NCBI RefSeq assembly: GCF_031426875.1
Contig: NZ_JASJPC010000018.1
Span: forward strand, 2,428-66,427
Length of the DNA stretch: 64,000 bases
Reading direction: 5' to 3'
From: Sulfuritalea sp.
GTDB lineage: Bacteria > Pseudomonadota > Gammaproteobacteria > Burkholderiales > Rhodocyclaceae
Part shown: one piece after another, positions 29,995-40,256 of the stretch
Layout of the letters: each line of letters starts with the position of its first letter
Numbering within the stretch: the first letter of the stretch is position 1
Program-made: the position numbers and the translations under genes
Notes under the pieces: generated by a model
What the model saw: only the letters and a program-made list of their open reading frames with translations
What the model was told of the DNA's origin: nothing
Database searches by the model: none

Positions 29995-30957
29995 ATGAAG
30001 GACTTAAGCAAAGATTCGGTTACGTGGCTTGAGGTCGGCGAGGAGGCCGAAGGCCAGCGTATCGACAATTTTCTGCTGCGTATCGCCAAAGGCGTACCGA
30101 AGAGCCATATCTATCGCATCGTGCACAGCGGCGAAGTACGGGTGAACAAGGGCAGGGTGCCGGCGGAATACCGGCTCAAGATCGGCGACCGCTTGCGCGT
30201 GCCGCCCATGCGAACCGCCGAGCGGCCGTCGCAAGCCGCTGTTCCGGCACGCGATTTTGAAATTGCCTACGAGGATGAGGCGCTCATCGTGATCGACAAG
30301 CCGGCCGGCGTCGCGGTCCATGGCGGCAGCGGCGTGTCCTTCGGTGTGATCGAACAGCTGCGCCGGGCCCGGCCGCAGGCGAAGTTTCTCGAACTGGCCC
30401 ACCGGCTCGACCGCGACACTTCGGGCCTGCTGGTGGTGGCCAAGAAGCGCGCCGCGCTGACCAGGCTGCATGACATGTTCCGCGACGGTGCAATAGCCAA
30501 ACGCTATCTGGCCCTGGTCAAGGGGCGCTGGCGCAACGAACTGCAGCATGTGCGCCTGCCTTTGCTCAAGTATCTGACGGCCGAGGGCGAGCGGCGGGTC
30601 AGCGTGAATCCCGAGGGCAAGGCCGCGCATTCGATCATGCGGCTGGTCGCCCGCTGGGAGAACTTCAGTCTGGTCGAGGTCGAACTCAAGACCGGGCGTA
30701 CCCACCAGATCCGGGTGCACCTCGCGCATCTGGGCTTTCCGATCGCCGGCGACGACAAATACGGCGATTTTTCCCTGAACAAGACCTTGCAGAAAACCGG
30801 GCTCGGCCGCATGTTCCTGCATGCCGCCAAGTTGGCACTGCCGCATCCACTTTCGGGTGCGCCGGTGGAACTCGCAGCGCCCCTGCCGGACGAATTGCGC
30901 AGCTTCACCGAAAAACTCGACAAGAACGAAACCAGGACTTATGGCCAAACGTTTTGA
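29995..30957 (+). CDS. rluC: 23S rRNA pseudouridine synthase (RluA family)
   Basis: S4 domain QRIDNFL, HRLDRDTSG, GRTHQIRVH; divergent from rne. Confidence 0.92.
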   Translation: MKDLSKDSVTWLEVGEEAEGQRIDNFLLRIAKGVPKSHIYRIVHSGEVRVNKGRVPAEYRLKIGDRLRVPPMRTAERPSQAAVPARDFEIAYEDEALIVIDKPAGVAVHGGSGVSFGVIEQLRRARPQAKFLELAHRLDRDTSGLLVVAKKRAALTRLHDMFRDGAIAKRYLALVKGRWRNELQHVRLPLLKYLTAEGERRVSVNPEGKAAHSIMRLVARWENFSLVEVELKTGRTHQIRVHLAHLGFPIAGDDKYGDFSLNKTLQKTGLGRMFLHAAKLALPHPLSGAPVELAAPLPDELRSFTEKLDKNETRTYGQTF

Positions 30958-31597
30958 ACTGATCGTCTTCGACTGGGACGGTACCCTGATGGATTCCACC
31001 GGCGCCATCGTTGCCAGCATCCAGGCTGCGGCGCGGGATCTCGACATTCCTCCGCCCAGCGACGAACGCGCCAGCCACATCATCGGGCTGGGACTGATCG
31101 ACGCCTTGCGCCACGCCCTGCCGGATTTGCCGACGGAACGCTACCAGGCGGTCGCGGAGCGTTATCGGCATCACTATCTGGCGCAGGATCAGGATCTGCT
31201 GCTGTTCGATGGCGCAGTGGAGCTGATCGACGAACTGACCGCGGCAGGACACATGCTTGCGGTTGCCACGGGCAAGACGCGCAAGGGGCTGGATCGGGCT
31301 TTCGAGGTCAGCGGGCTGGGTCCGCGTTTCCAGGCCTCGCGCTGCGCCGACGAATGCCATTCGAAGCCGCATCCGCAGATGCTGGAGGAATTGATGGCCG
31401 AATTCGGCGTCGAGCCGGAGGCCACCCTGATGATCGGCGACACCACGCACGATCTGCTGATGGCGAGGAATGCGGGGGTTGCGGCGCTCGGCGTGGCCTA
31501 TGGTGCGCATCCGCGTGAAAGCCTGGAGGCGGAAACCCCACTTTACTGTGCGGCCAATGTGGCCGAACTGGCGGCGTGGCTGCGACAGCAGGCCTGA
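30941..31597 (+). CDS. HAD-IA family hydrolase (phosphoglycolate-phosphatase-like)
   Basis: FDWDGTLMDS, VATGK, KPHP, MIGDT. Confidence 0.9.
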   Translation: MAKRFELIVFDWDGTLMDSTGAIVASIQAAARDLDIPPPSDERASHIIGLGLIDALRHALPDLPTERYQAVAERYRHHYLAQDQDLLLFDGAVELIDELTAAGHMLAVATGKTRKGLDRAFEVSGLGPRFQASRCADECHSKPHPQMLEELMAEFGVEPEATLMIGDTTHDLLMARNAGVAALGVAYGAHPRESLEAETPLYCAANVAELAAWLRQQA

Positions 31598-31953
31598 ACC
31601 GGCGCCTGATCTGCGACAGCGATGCACTGGTCGACGGCGGCCATGGCCTGCGCTTCACGGTCGATCGATCGGGGATTGCGGAGCCGGCTTTCGCCGTGCG
31701 CTATCGCGGGCAGGTCCACGCATTTCTGAACCGTTGCGGCCATATTCCGGTCGAACTGGACTGGCAGCAAGGAGAGTTCTTCGATCATTCAGGCTTATAC
31801 TTGATTTGCGCCACGCATGGCGCGCTCTACGCCCCGGATTCCGGGCATTGCATGGGCGGACGCTGCAATGGCAAAGGGCTGGTCGCCTTGTCGGTGCTTG
31901 AGGACGGGGGGCAAATATTCTTGATTGAGGAAGGCAGGCAAAGTGTCGGATAG
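31576..31953 (+). CDS. Rieske [2Fe-2S] protein
   Basis: CGH...ICATHG...C Rieske ligand pattern. Confidence 0.85.
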   Translation: MAATAGLNRRLICDSDALVDGGHGLRFTVDRSGIAEPAFAVRYRGQVHAFLNRCGHIPVELDWQQGEFFDHSGLYLICATHGALYAPDSGHCMGGRCNGKGLVALSVLEDGGQIFLIEEGRQSVG

Positions 31954-32887
31954 CAATGATCAGCAGTGGGAACGCAAGGTGCTGGAAAAACTGGCCATGG
32001 AGGCGCTCGCCGAGCAGCGTCGCGGTCGCCGTTGGGGTATCTTTTTCAAATTGCTCGGCTTTGGCTACCTGGTGGTCATTCTTGGTCTGGCACTGGAATG
32101 GGGACAAACCGAGAAGTTCGCCGATGGCGCCAAGTTCACGGCACTGGTCGATCTGAACGGGGTCATCAAGGCCAAGGGCGATGCCAACGCCGAGAATATC
32201 ATCACCGCCCTGCAGGCGGCTTTCGACGACAAGCATACTGTCGGCGTGATCCTGCGCATCAACAGCCCGGGCGGCAGCCCGGTCCAGTCCGGGATCATCA
32301 ACGACGAAATGCGCCGCCTGCGTGCCGCGCATCCGGAGATTCCCCTGCATGTCGTGGTCGAGGACGTCTGCGCCTCAGGCGGCTACTACGTGGCGGCGGC
32401 GGCCGACAAGATCTTCGTGGACAAGGCCAGCATCGTCGGCTCGATCGGTGTGCTGATGGATGGCTTCGGTTTTACCGGCACCATGGAAAAGCTCGGTGTC
32501 GAGCGCCGCCTGCTGACCGCCGGCGAGAGCAAGGGTTTTCTCGATCCTTTCTCGCCGCAAAACGAAAGTCACAAGGATCATGCCAAGCAGATGCTGGGTG
32601 AAATTCACCAGCAGTTCATCGATGTGGTCAGAAAAGGCCGCGGCAAGCGCCTCAAGGAAACCCCCGAGATGTTCTCCGGCCTCATGTGGAGCGGCGCCAA
32701 GAGCATCGAACTCGGGCTGGCCGATGGTTACGGCACGGTCGACAGCGTTGCACGCGATGTGTTCAAGGCCAGCGAAATACGCGATTTCAGCGTCAAGCAG
32801 AACTTCGCCGAGAAATTCGCCAAGCAGTTCGGCGCCGACATGGCCGAGGGCATGGCGAACGTGATGACGCGCGTCACGTTACGCTGA
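31943..32887 (+). CDS. sppA: S49 family peptidase (SppA)
   Basis: N-terminal TM, RINSPGGSP, ASGGYY, GSIGV; GTG start. Confidence 0.88.
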   Translation: MSDSNDQQWERKVLEKLAMEALAEQRRGRRWGIFFKLLGFGYLVVILGLALEWGQTEKFADGAKFTALVDLNGVIKAKGDANAENIITALQAAFDDKHTVGVILRINSPGGSPVQSGIINDEMRRLRAAHPEIPLHVVVEDVCASGGYYVAAAADKIFVDKASIVGSIGVLMDGFGFTGTMEKLGVERRLLTAGESKGFLDPFSPQNESHKDHAKQMLGEIHQQFIDVVRKGRGKRLKETPEMFSGLMWSGAKSIELGLADGYGTVDSVARDVFKASEIRDFSVKQNFAEKFAKQFGADMAEGMANVMTRVTLR

Positions 32888-34958
32888 CGGCACTGACCCC
32901 CATGTCCTTCAACAGGCGTTCCTGGGCGCTCATGCGGGGGCGTTTGGTCGGCTTGATGCGGTATTCGCCGCTGCTGTCCATTTCCCAGGCCTGACAGTTG
33001 TCGGCCAGGTAGGGCTTGAGCCCTTCCTTGAGCACGCGCTGCTTGAGCTTGGGCTCCAGCACCGGAAAACAGATCTCGATGCGGCGAAAGAAATTTCGCT
33101 CCATCCAGTCGGCGCTGGACAGGTAGATATTCTGCTGGCCGCCAGCGTGGAAATAGAAAATCCGGTGATGTTCGAGGAAACGCCCGATCACCGAACGCAC
33201 ACGGATGTTCTCGGACAGGCCTTTGACGCCGGGACGCAGCGAACAGACGCCGCGCACGATCAGATCGACCTTGACGCCGGCCTGGCCGGCTTCGTACAGG
33301 GCCGTAATGATTTCCGGTTCAAGCAGGGAGTTCATCTTGGCGATGATGCGCGCCGACTTGCCGGCGCGGGCGGCCTCGATCTCGGCCTGAATCGCGCCCA
33401 GCATTTTCGAGTGGAGCGAGAAAGGGGCCTGCCACAAGTGCTTCAGTGCGCCGGCCTTGCCCAGGCCGGTTAGCTGCTTGAACACCTCATTGACATCCTC
33501 GCCGATTTCCGGATTGGACGTGAGCAGGCCGAAATCCGTGTAGAAGCGCGTGGTGCGCGGGTGGTAGTTGCCGGTGCCGAGATGGATGTAGCGGCGATAG
33601 CCGTGATCCTCGCGGCGCAAGACCATCAGCATCTTGGCGTGGGTCTTGTAGCCGACCACGCCGTACACCACATGGGCGCCGACTTCCTCCAGGCGGGCGG
33701 CGATCGACAGATTCGCCTCCTCGTCGAAACGCGCCATCAGCTCCACCACCACCGTCACTTCCTTGCCCTTTTCCGCGGCGCGCAGCAGATGCTCCATCAG
33801 CACCGAGTCGGTGCCGGTGCGATACACGGTCATCTTGATCGCCACCACCAGCGGGTCGTCCGCAGCCTGCTGCAGCAGCTGGATCACCGGGGTGAAGGAC
33901 TGGAACGGGTGATGCATCAGGATGTCATGCTTGCGGATGCTGGCGAAAATGTCGTAGCGCTTGGTCAGCACCTTGGGCAGGCCCGGCTGGAAGGGCGCAT
34001 ACATCAGGTCGGGGCGATCCACCCGGTCGGGTATAGACATCAGCCGCACCAGATTGACGATGCCCGGCACGCGATACAGGTCGCTGCGTTCCAGGCCGAA
34101 CTGCTGCAGCAGAAAGTCGGTCATGATCTCCGAACAGTTGTCGGCCACTTCGAGGCGCACCGCATCGCCGAAGTGACGCTGCGGCAGTTCGCCCTGCAAC
34201 GCGATGCGCAGGTTCTTGACTTCCTCGTCGTCGACGAACAGGTCGGAATTGCGCGTGACGCGAAACTGGTAGCAGCCGAGCACGTGCATGCCGGTGAACA
34301 ACTCATCGACATATTCATGGAGCACCGAGGAAAGGAACACAAAACCGTAATCGACGCCGCAAAGTTCCTTCGGCAGCCGGATTACCCGCGGCAAGGCTCG
34401 CGGCGCCTGGACGATGGCAGCGCCCGAACTGCGGCCGAAGGCGTCGGTGCCCTCCAGTTCGACGGCGAAGTTGAGGCTCTTGTTCAGCACGCGCGGGAAG
34501 GGATGCGAGGGATCGAGCCCGATCGGGGTCAGCACCGGCATGACTTCCTTGTGGAAGTAATCGCGGATCCAGGCGCGCTGTTCGTTGGTCCACAGGCTGC
34601 GGCGGAAAAACGCAATGCCTTCTTTTTCCAGCGCGGGAAGTATCTCGTCATTGAGCAGCGCGTACTGTTCGCCGATCAGTTGATGCGCCTGTTCCGTGAC
34701 GCGGCGGAAGACCTCGAGCGGGGGCATGCCGTCGGCGCCCGCGGCATGGCTGCCGAGCTTGAGCTGTTCCTTGAGGCCGGCGACGCGGATTTCGAAAAAT
34801 TCGTCGAGATTCGACGAGACGATGCACAGAAATCGCAGCCGCTCCAGCAGGGGCACCCGGTTGTCGGCCGCCTGGGCGATCACGCGTTGGTTGAAGGCGA
34901 GCAGGGACAGTTCGCGGTTGAGGAACTGCTCTGCGGGAAATCGACGCGGGGTCGGCAT
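32874..34958 (-). CDS. ppk1: Polyphosphate kinase 1
   Basis: NRELSLLAFN, SNLDEFFEIRVAGL, HHPF.SF, KTHAK, GRFLEH, SADWMERN. Confidence 0.97.
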   Translation of the reverse strand: MPTPRRFPAEQFLNRELSLLAFNQRVIAQAADNRVPLLERLRFLCIVSSNLDEFFEIRVAGLKEQLKLGSHAAGADGMPPLEVFRRVTEQAHQLIGEQYALLNDEILPALEKEGIAFFRRSLWTNEQRAWIRDYFHKEVMPVLTPIGLDPSHPFPRVLNKSLNFAVELEGTDAFGRSSGAAIVQAPRALPRVIRLPKELCGVDYGFVFLSSVLHEYVDELFTGMHVLGCYQFRVTRNSDLFVDDEEVKNLRIALQGELPQRHFGDAVRLEVADNCSEIMTDFLLQQFGLERSDLYRVPGIVNLVRLMSIPDRVDRPDLMYAPFQPGLPKVLTKRYDIFASIRKHDILMHHPFQSFTPVIQLLQQAADDPLVVAIKMTVYRTGTDSVLMEHLLRAAEKGKEVTVVVELMARFDEEANLSIAARLEEVGAHVVYGVVGYKTHAKMLMVLRREDHGYRRYIHLGTGNYHPRTTRFYTDFGLLTSNPEIGEDVNEVFKQLTGLGKAGALKHLWQAPFSLHSKMLGAIQAEIEAARAGKSARIIAKMNSLLEPEIITALYEAGQAGVKVDLIVRGVCSLRPGVKGLSENIRVRSVIGRFLEHHRIFYFHAGGQQNIYLSSADWMERNFFRRIEICFPVLEPKLKQRVLKEGLKPYLADNCQAWEMDSSGEYRIKPTKRPRMSAQERLLKDMGVSAVSVT

Positions 34959-35055
34959 GGGGGCTTCCGGATAATTCGAAGCGGATAATTATGTGTCAGT
35001 TTTGTGACCGCAGGATGACAGGAGCCAAACTTTTGGCGCGAGGTAGAATCGCGGC

Positions 35056-36540
35056 ATGGCCTACGAACTGATCGCCGCGGTGGATCTCGGCTCCAACAGC
35101 TTTCGGCTGCAAGTGGGGCGAGTCGTGGCCAGCCAGATTTATCCCCTCGATGGGCTCAAGGAGTCGGTTCGGCTCGCGGCGGGCCTGACGGCCGACAAGC
35201 GACTCGACACGACGTCCCAGCAGCGTGGCATCGAGGCGTTGTCGCGCTTCGCCGAGCGCCTGCGCGATTTCGCCCCGGGGGCCGTGCGCGCGGTGGCCAC
35301 CAACACCTTGCGGGTGGCGAAGAACGCCGAAGCTTTCCTGGAAAAGGCCGAGGCGGCGCTGGGATTCCCGATCGAGGTGATCGCCGGCCGCGAAGAGGCG
35401 CGCCTGATCTATCTCGGCGTTGCACACACCCTCGCCAATCCGAAGACGCGCCAACTGGTGGTCGATATCGGCGGCGGCTCGACCGAATTCATCATCGGCC
35501 AGAACATCGATCCGATCCGGCTGGAATCTCTTTACATGGGCTGCGTCGTCTTCAGCCTGCGGTTTTTTCCGGAAGGGCGGGTCGACAAGCGCTCCTTCAA
35601 GGAAGCTGAGCTCGCGGCGCGGCGCGAACTGCAGACCATCGTCCATGCCTTCCGCGAGACGGGGTGGGACGAAGCCATCGGTTCCTCGGGTACGGCCAAG
35701 GCGATTGTCGATCTGCTGGAAATGAACGGCTTTTCCGATCACGGCCTGACGCGCGACGGACTGGAGCTGCTGCGCGGCGAACTGCTGCGTGCCGGCGAGG
35801 TTTCGCGCCTGCGCCTGCAGGGCTTGCGGGCCGACCGGATGCCGGTGCTGCCCGGCGGGCTGGCGATCATGTCGGCCATCTTCAAGGAGTTCGGCCTGGA
35901 GCGCATGGCTTTTTCCGAGGGTGCGCTGCGGCTCGGCGTGCTCTACGACCAACTCGGCCGCTACCACCATGACGATTTGCGCGAAGCGACGGTGAATCGC
36001 TTCATGCAGCGCTACGAGGTGGACCGGCGGCAGGCGGCGCGGGTCGCGCATACCGCCGTCGATCTGCTCAACCAACTGGTTCCCGCGAGCCGGGAGGCCG
36101 GGCATCCCGATGCGCAATTCATGGTCTGGGCCGCCCGCCTGCATGAGGTGGGGATATCCGTGGCGCATTCGAGCTACCACAAGCACAGCGCCTATATCCT
36201 CGGCAATGCCGACATGCCGGGATTCTCCCGACGCGACCAGGCGCGCCTGTCGCGCCTGGTGCTGGCGCACCGCGGCAAGCTGGAGCGCGCCCAGCCCTTG
36301 CGCGGCGAGGCCTCGGAATGGACGCTGATCTTCTGCCTGCGCATCGCGGTGCTGCTGCATCGCTCGCGCGACGATCAACCGCTGCCGCGGCGCGCCGCGG
36401 GATTCACGCGCAACGGCTTCCAGCTGCGGCTCGGCGCCGAAGGGCTGAATGTCCTGCCGCTGACCTCGGCGGCCCTGGCCGACGAGGCGCAGCAATGGAC
36501 CGGGATCGGCGGCGAGCTGCGCATCGAGCGCGATCCCTGA
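35056..36540 (+). CDS. ppx: Exopolyphosphatase (Ppx/GppA)
   Basis: DLGSNSF, GREEARL, DIGGGSTE, GALRLG, LHEVG HD-like region. Confidence 0.95.
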   Translation: MAYELIAAVDLGSNSFRLQVGRVVASQIYPLDGLKESVRLAAGLTADKRLDTTSQQRGIEALSRFAERLRDFAPGAVRAVATNTLRVAKNAEAFLEKAEAALGFPIEVIAGREEARLIYLGVAHTLANPKTRQLVVDIGGGSTEFIIGQNIDPIRLESLYMGCVVFSLRFFPEGRVDKRSFKEAELAARRELQTIVHAFRETGWDEAIGSSGTAKAIVDLLEMNGFSDHGLTRDGLELLRGELLRAGEVSRLRLQGLRADRMPVLPGGLAIMSAIFKEFGLERMAFSEGALRLGVLYDQLGRYHHDDLREATVNRFMQRYEVDRRQAARVAHTAVDLLNQLVPASREAGHPDAQFMVWAARLHEVGISVAHSSYHKHSAYILGNADMPGFSRRDQARLSRLVLAHRGKLERAQPLRGEASEWTLIFCLRIAVLLHRSRDDQPLPRRAAGFTRNGFQLRLGAEGLNVLPLTSAALADEAQQWTGIGGELRIERDP

Positions 36541-36606
36541 TGTCGTCGGAATCAGGCGTGACTATAATCAAGGCTCCATCAACCTGCCAACGCAAGCATC
36601 TGACTG

Positions 36607-37725
36607 ATGTCCGTCGCGCGCATTGAAGTAATCGTTCGCGATGGCGAACGCGTTGTCAGGCTTTCCGGACGCTGGACGCTGGCGACGACTTCTTTGCGCG
36701 CAGTCGCTTTGTCGGCAGAGCTGGGCGCTGCCGCCGATCCCGACAGCAGTTGGGACTGCCTGGGCCTTGAGGCGATCGACAGCGCCGGCGCGATGATGCT
36801 GTGGCGCGCCTGGGGCCGCGCCTGGCCGCTGCTGCTGTTGATCAAGCCCGAACATCGGCGGGTGTTCGAACGCATCGACGCCGCCGATCAGGAGCCGCGG
36901 GCGGCCGAGGTACCGCTGTCGCCCCTGCATGGCGCGATGGTGGTCGGCACCGCGGTGATCGGCATCGGCCGCCATCTGGTGGACTTCGTGGCCCTGATCG
37001 GTCAGTTCGGACTGGACCTGGTGCATGTGCTGCGCAATCCCGCCGACCTGCCGCGCCGCGAGATTTCGGCCAACCTGTACAAGAGCGGGGTGCGCGCGAT
37101 GCCGGTCACGGCGCTGGTGGGCTTCCTGATCGGCGTGGTGCTTTCCTACCTGTCGGCCTTGCAGCTCAAGCAGTTCGGCGCCGACATCTTCATCGTCAAT
37201 ATCATCGGCCTCGGACTGGTGCGGGAACTCGGGCCGGTGCTGGTGGCGATTCTGGTGGCCGGGCGCTCCGGCTCGGCGATGACCGCGCAACTCGGCGTGA
37301 TGCGGGTCACCGAGGAAATCGATGCCCTGTCGACGATGGGCGTGCCGCGCGGGCAGCGCCTGATCTTTCCCAAGGTGGTGGCGCTGACCATCGCCATGCC
37401 CCTGCTGGTGCTGTGGAGCACCTCGATCGCGATGATCGGCGGCATGGTTTCGGCCCAGTTGCAACTCGATATCTCCTACGGCTTCTTCTTTCAGACCCTG
37501 CCGCGCGTCGTGCCGGCGGCCAATCTGTGGATCGGCCTGGCCAAGGGGGCGGTGTTCGGCATGTTCGTCGCCCTGGTGGCCTGCCACTTCGGCCTGCGCG
37601 TGCGTCCCAACACCGAGAGCCTGTCGGCCAACACGACGGCCTCGGTGGTGTCGGCGATCACCATCGTCATCATCATCGATGCCGCGTTTGCCATCGCCAC
37701 GCGCAGCATCGGACTGCCCGGCTGA
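36607..37725 (+). CDS. MlaE-family ABC permease with N-terminal STAS-like domain
   Basis: IDSAGA, RELGP...AGRSGSA.TAQLG.M...EEIDA. Confidence 0.9.
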   Translation: MSVARIEVIVRDGERVVRLSGRWTLATTSLRAVALSAELGAAADPDSSWDCLGLEAIDSAGAMMLWRAWGRAWPLLLLIKPEHRRVFERIDAADQEPRAAEVPLSPLHGAMVVGTAVIGIGRHLVDFVALIGQFGLDLVHVLRNPADLPRREISANLYKSGVRAMPVTALVGFLIGVVLSYLSALQLKQFGADIFIVNIIGLGLVRELGPVLVAILVAGRSGSAMTAQLGVMRVTEEIDALSTMGVPRGQRLIFPKVVALTIAMPLLVLWSTSIAMIGGMVSAQLQLDISYGFFFQTLPRVVPAANLWIGLAKGAVFGMFVALVACHFGLRVRPNTESLSANTTASVVSAITIVIIIDAAFAIATRSIGLPG

Positions 37726-37729
37726 GCCC

Positions 37730-38512
37730 ATGACCGCCCCGGTGATCCGCATTCGCGACTTGTCCACCCGCTTCGGCGAGGTCTGGATCCACCAGGGTCT
37801 GAACCTCGACATCGAGCGCGGCGAGCTGGTTTCGCTGGTGGGCGGTTCCGGCAGCGGCAAGACCACGCTGCTGCGCATGGTGGTCGGCTTGCTGCTGCCG
37901 ACCAAGGGCAGCATCGAACTCTTCGGCGAGCCGCTGTTCGGCGGCGGCGTGGCGCGCGAGCGAGCGCTGCGCCAGCGTTTCGGCGTGCTGTTCCAGCACG
38001 GGGCGCTGTTTTCAGCCTTCAACGTGTTCGACAATATCGCCTTTCCCCTGCGCGAACTGAAGCGCTACGACGAGGATGCGATTCACGACCTGGTCATGCT
38101 CAAGCTGTCGATGGTGGAACTGCTGCCGCGCCATGGCCGGCTGATGCCGTCCGAGCTTTCCGGCGGCATGGTCAAGCGCGTCGCGCTGGCGCGCGCTTTG
38201 GCGCTGGAACCCGAGCTGCTGCTGCTCGACGAGCCGACCGCCGGGCTCGACCCCGACCGCTCCGACAGTTTTGTGCGCCTGATCCGCATGCTCGGCGAAG
38301 AACTCGGGCTCACGGTCATGCTGGTCACGCACGACCTCGACACGCTGGCTGCGCTTTCCACGCGCGTTGCGGTACTCGGCGAGCAGCGCATCCTCGCCTA
38401 CGGCACGACGGACGAAATCATTCAAGTCGATCATCCCTTCATCCGCAACTTTTTCCTTTCCGAGCGCAGCGTGCGGGCCCTGCAGAATTCCGGGCTGGCG
38501 GCGCCACACTAA
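37730..38512 (+). CDS. MlaF-like ABC ATP-binding protein
   Basis: GGSGSGKT, LSGGMVKR, LLLDEPTAGLDP. Confidence 0.92.
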   Translation: MTAPVIRIRDLSTRFGEVWIHQGLNLDIERGELVSLVGGSGSGKTTLLRMVVGLLLPTKGSIELFGEPLFGGGVARERALRQRFGVLFQHGALFSAFNVFDNIAFPLRELKRYDEDAIHDLVMLKLSMVELLPRHGRLMPSELSGGMVKRVALARALALEPELLLLDEPTAGLDPDRSDSFVRLIRMLGEELGLTVMLVTHDLDTLAALSTRVAVLGEQRILAYGTTDEIIQVDHPFIRNFFLSERSVRALQNSGLAAPH

Positions 38513-38687
38513 CGCTCATGGCTTCGATGGACCACCCTGCAATATGAAATCTCGCACCTTCGATGGGCCCCAAGCTGGCAAATGGGCCCGCCCCTCCCAT
38601 CCTCCCCTCACGGGGAGGCTATTGATCGGCTCGCTGCGCTCGAACCTTACACAGCGCGCTTGGCGACGTATTTCACGTTAAAAGACC

Positions 38688-39635
38688 ATGGAAAATCGAT
38701 CTCACGCGCTGGCTGCCGGCATTTTCACCCTGCTGCTGGGCATTGCCTCGGCAATTGCCATCTGGTGGCTGGGGCAGAGCGACGAATCGACCACGACCTA
38801 CCTGCTGGAAACGCGGCGCAACGTGACCGGGCTCAACGTCCAGGCCCAGGTCCGCTATCGTGGCATTCGCGCCGGCAAGGTGGAGGCCATCGAGCCCGAC
38901 GAGGCGGACCCGCGCGTGATCCTGGTGCGCATCAATGTCGACAACCGCTTCAAGCTGACCCGCGGCAGCACGGCCTCGCTTGGCTATCAGGGGGTCACCG
39001 GCCTGGCCTATGTGCAGATCGAGGATGACGGATCGTCGATCGAGCCGCTGGTCGGGCCGGACGGCGCGGTGCCGCGCATTGCGCTGAAGCCGACCCTGTT
39101 CGAGACGCTGGGCGACAAGGCCGGCGACATCGTCGAGCAGATCAGCGTCGTATCGCTGCGCCTGGGCAAGCTGCTCGACGAGAAGAATGCGCAGAACCTC
39201 GCGCGCACGCTGGAGAATCTGGCCGAGGCTTCCGACGGCCTGCGCGAGATGCCGAAAATTCTCGCCGCAGTGCGCGAGGCGCTGTCGGAAAGCAATTTGC
39301 GCAGCCTGCGGCAGATCCTGGTGCATGTCGAAAAGACGGCGGGCGAGACGGCACCGCTGACGGCTGAAATGCGCGAGCTGGTGAAGTCGATGGGCGTCCT
39401 GTCGCAGCGCTTCGAGCAACTGGCAGCCGGTGCCGGAAACGAGCTGACGACCAACACCCTGCCGCGCGCCAACGCCCTGATGCAGGAACTGGCGACCAGT
39501 TCGCGGCAGCTTTCGCGCGTGCTCGACAGCCTCGAAAACAATCCGCAGATGCTGTTGTTCGGTCGCGGCAAGACAGGTTCCGGCCCCGGAGAAGCGGGCT
39601 TTTCCGCCCCGGCCAAACAGGGAGAGGTGCGATGA
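38688..39635 (+). CDS. MlaD/MCE family protein
   Basis: N-terminal TM, VTGL...VRYRGI..GKV, QGVTGLAYVQI, long helical C-terminus. Confidence 0.9.
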   Translation: MENRSHALAAGIFTLLLGIASAIAIWWLGQSDESTTTYLLETRRNVTGLNVQAQVRYRGIRAGKVEAIEPDEADPRVILVRINVDNRFKLTRGSTASLGYQGVTGLAYVQIEDDGSSIEPLVGPDGAVPRIALKPTLFETLGDKAGDIVEQISVVSLRLGKLLDEKNAQNLARTLENLAEASDGLREMPKILAAVREALSESNLRSLRQILVHVEKTAGETAPLTAEMRELVKSMGVLSQRFEQLAAGAGNELTTNTLPRANALMQELATSSRQLSRVLDSLENNPQMLLFGRGKTGSGPGEAGFSAPAKQGEVR

Positions 39636-40243
39636 GCAAGTGGCTGGCCATGATTCTTGCAGGAAGCCTGCTGGCGGCATGCGGCGGCAATGTGCGCACG
39701 GCCGAGCCGGTGCGATACGACTTCGGCAGTTCGGGCGCGTCGATCGCCGAGGCGGCTGCGCCGCTGCCGCTGGCGGCGATCGAGGTGCGGACGGCGTCGT
39801 GGCTCGCCGGTACGGCCATGCATTTCCGGCTCGCCTATGCCGAACCCCTGCGGCGCCAGAGCTATGGCGAGAGCCGCTGGGCGGCGCCGCCGGCCGAGCT
39901 GCTGGAGGTGTTCCTCAAGCGGCGCCTGGCGCTGACCCCGTCCGGTTCCAGCGGCACCGGCTGCCGTCTGCAACTGGTGCTGGACGAACTGGAGCAGCGC
40001 TTCGACGATCCGCAAAGAAGCCGTTTGGTGCTCGAAGCGCGTGCCGTGCTGACACCGCTGCACGGATCGGAGATACTCTCCCGGCGGGTGTTCCTCATCA
40101 CGCAGCCGGCGGCCACGGCCGATGCCGGCGCCGGTGCCGCCGCCGCGCGTGCGGCCGTACAGGCACTGGCGGCCGATCTTGGCAACTGGCTGGGGCAGCT
40201 GGCCCGCGAGAAACCGGCGATTGTCGAACGTTGTCGAAGCTAG
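39632..40243 (+). CDS. PqiC-like ABC auxiliary lipoprotein
   Basis: Lipobox LLAAC, RWAAPP.ELL; last gene of MCE operon. Confidence 0.82.
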   Translation: MSKWLAMILAGSLLAACGGNVRTAEPVRYDFGSSGASIAEAAAPLPLAAIEVRTASWLAGTAMHFRLAYAEPLRRQSYGESRWAAPPAELLEVFLKRRLALTPSGSSGTGCRLQLVLDELEQRFDDPQRSRLVLEARAVLTPLHGSEILSRRVFLITQPAATADAGAGAAAARAAVQALAADLGNWLGQLAREKPAIVERCRS

Positions 40244-40256
40244 AAAGGTGAATCCG

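Noticed and set aside
31576-31953. Rieske protein in the rluC-HAD-sppA operon
   Set aside because: This gene order is a familiar conserved betaproteobacterial arrangement.
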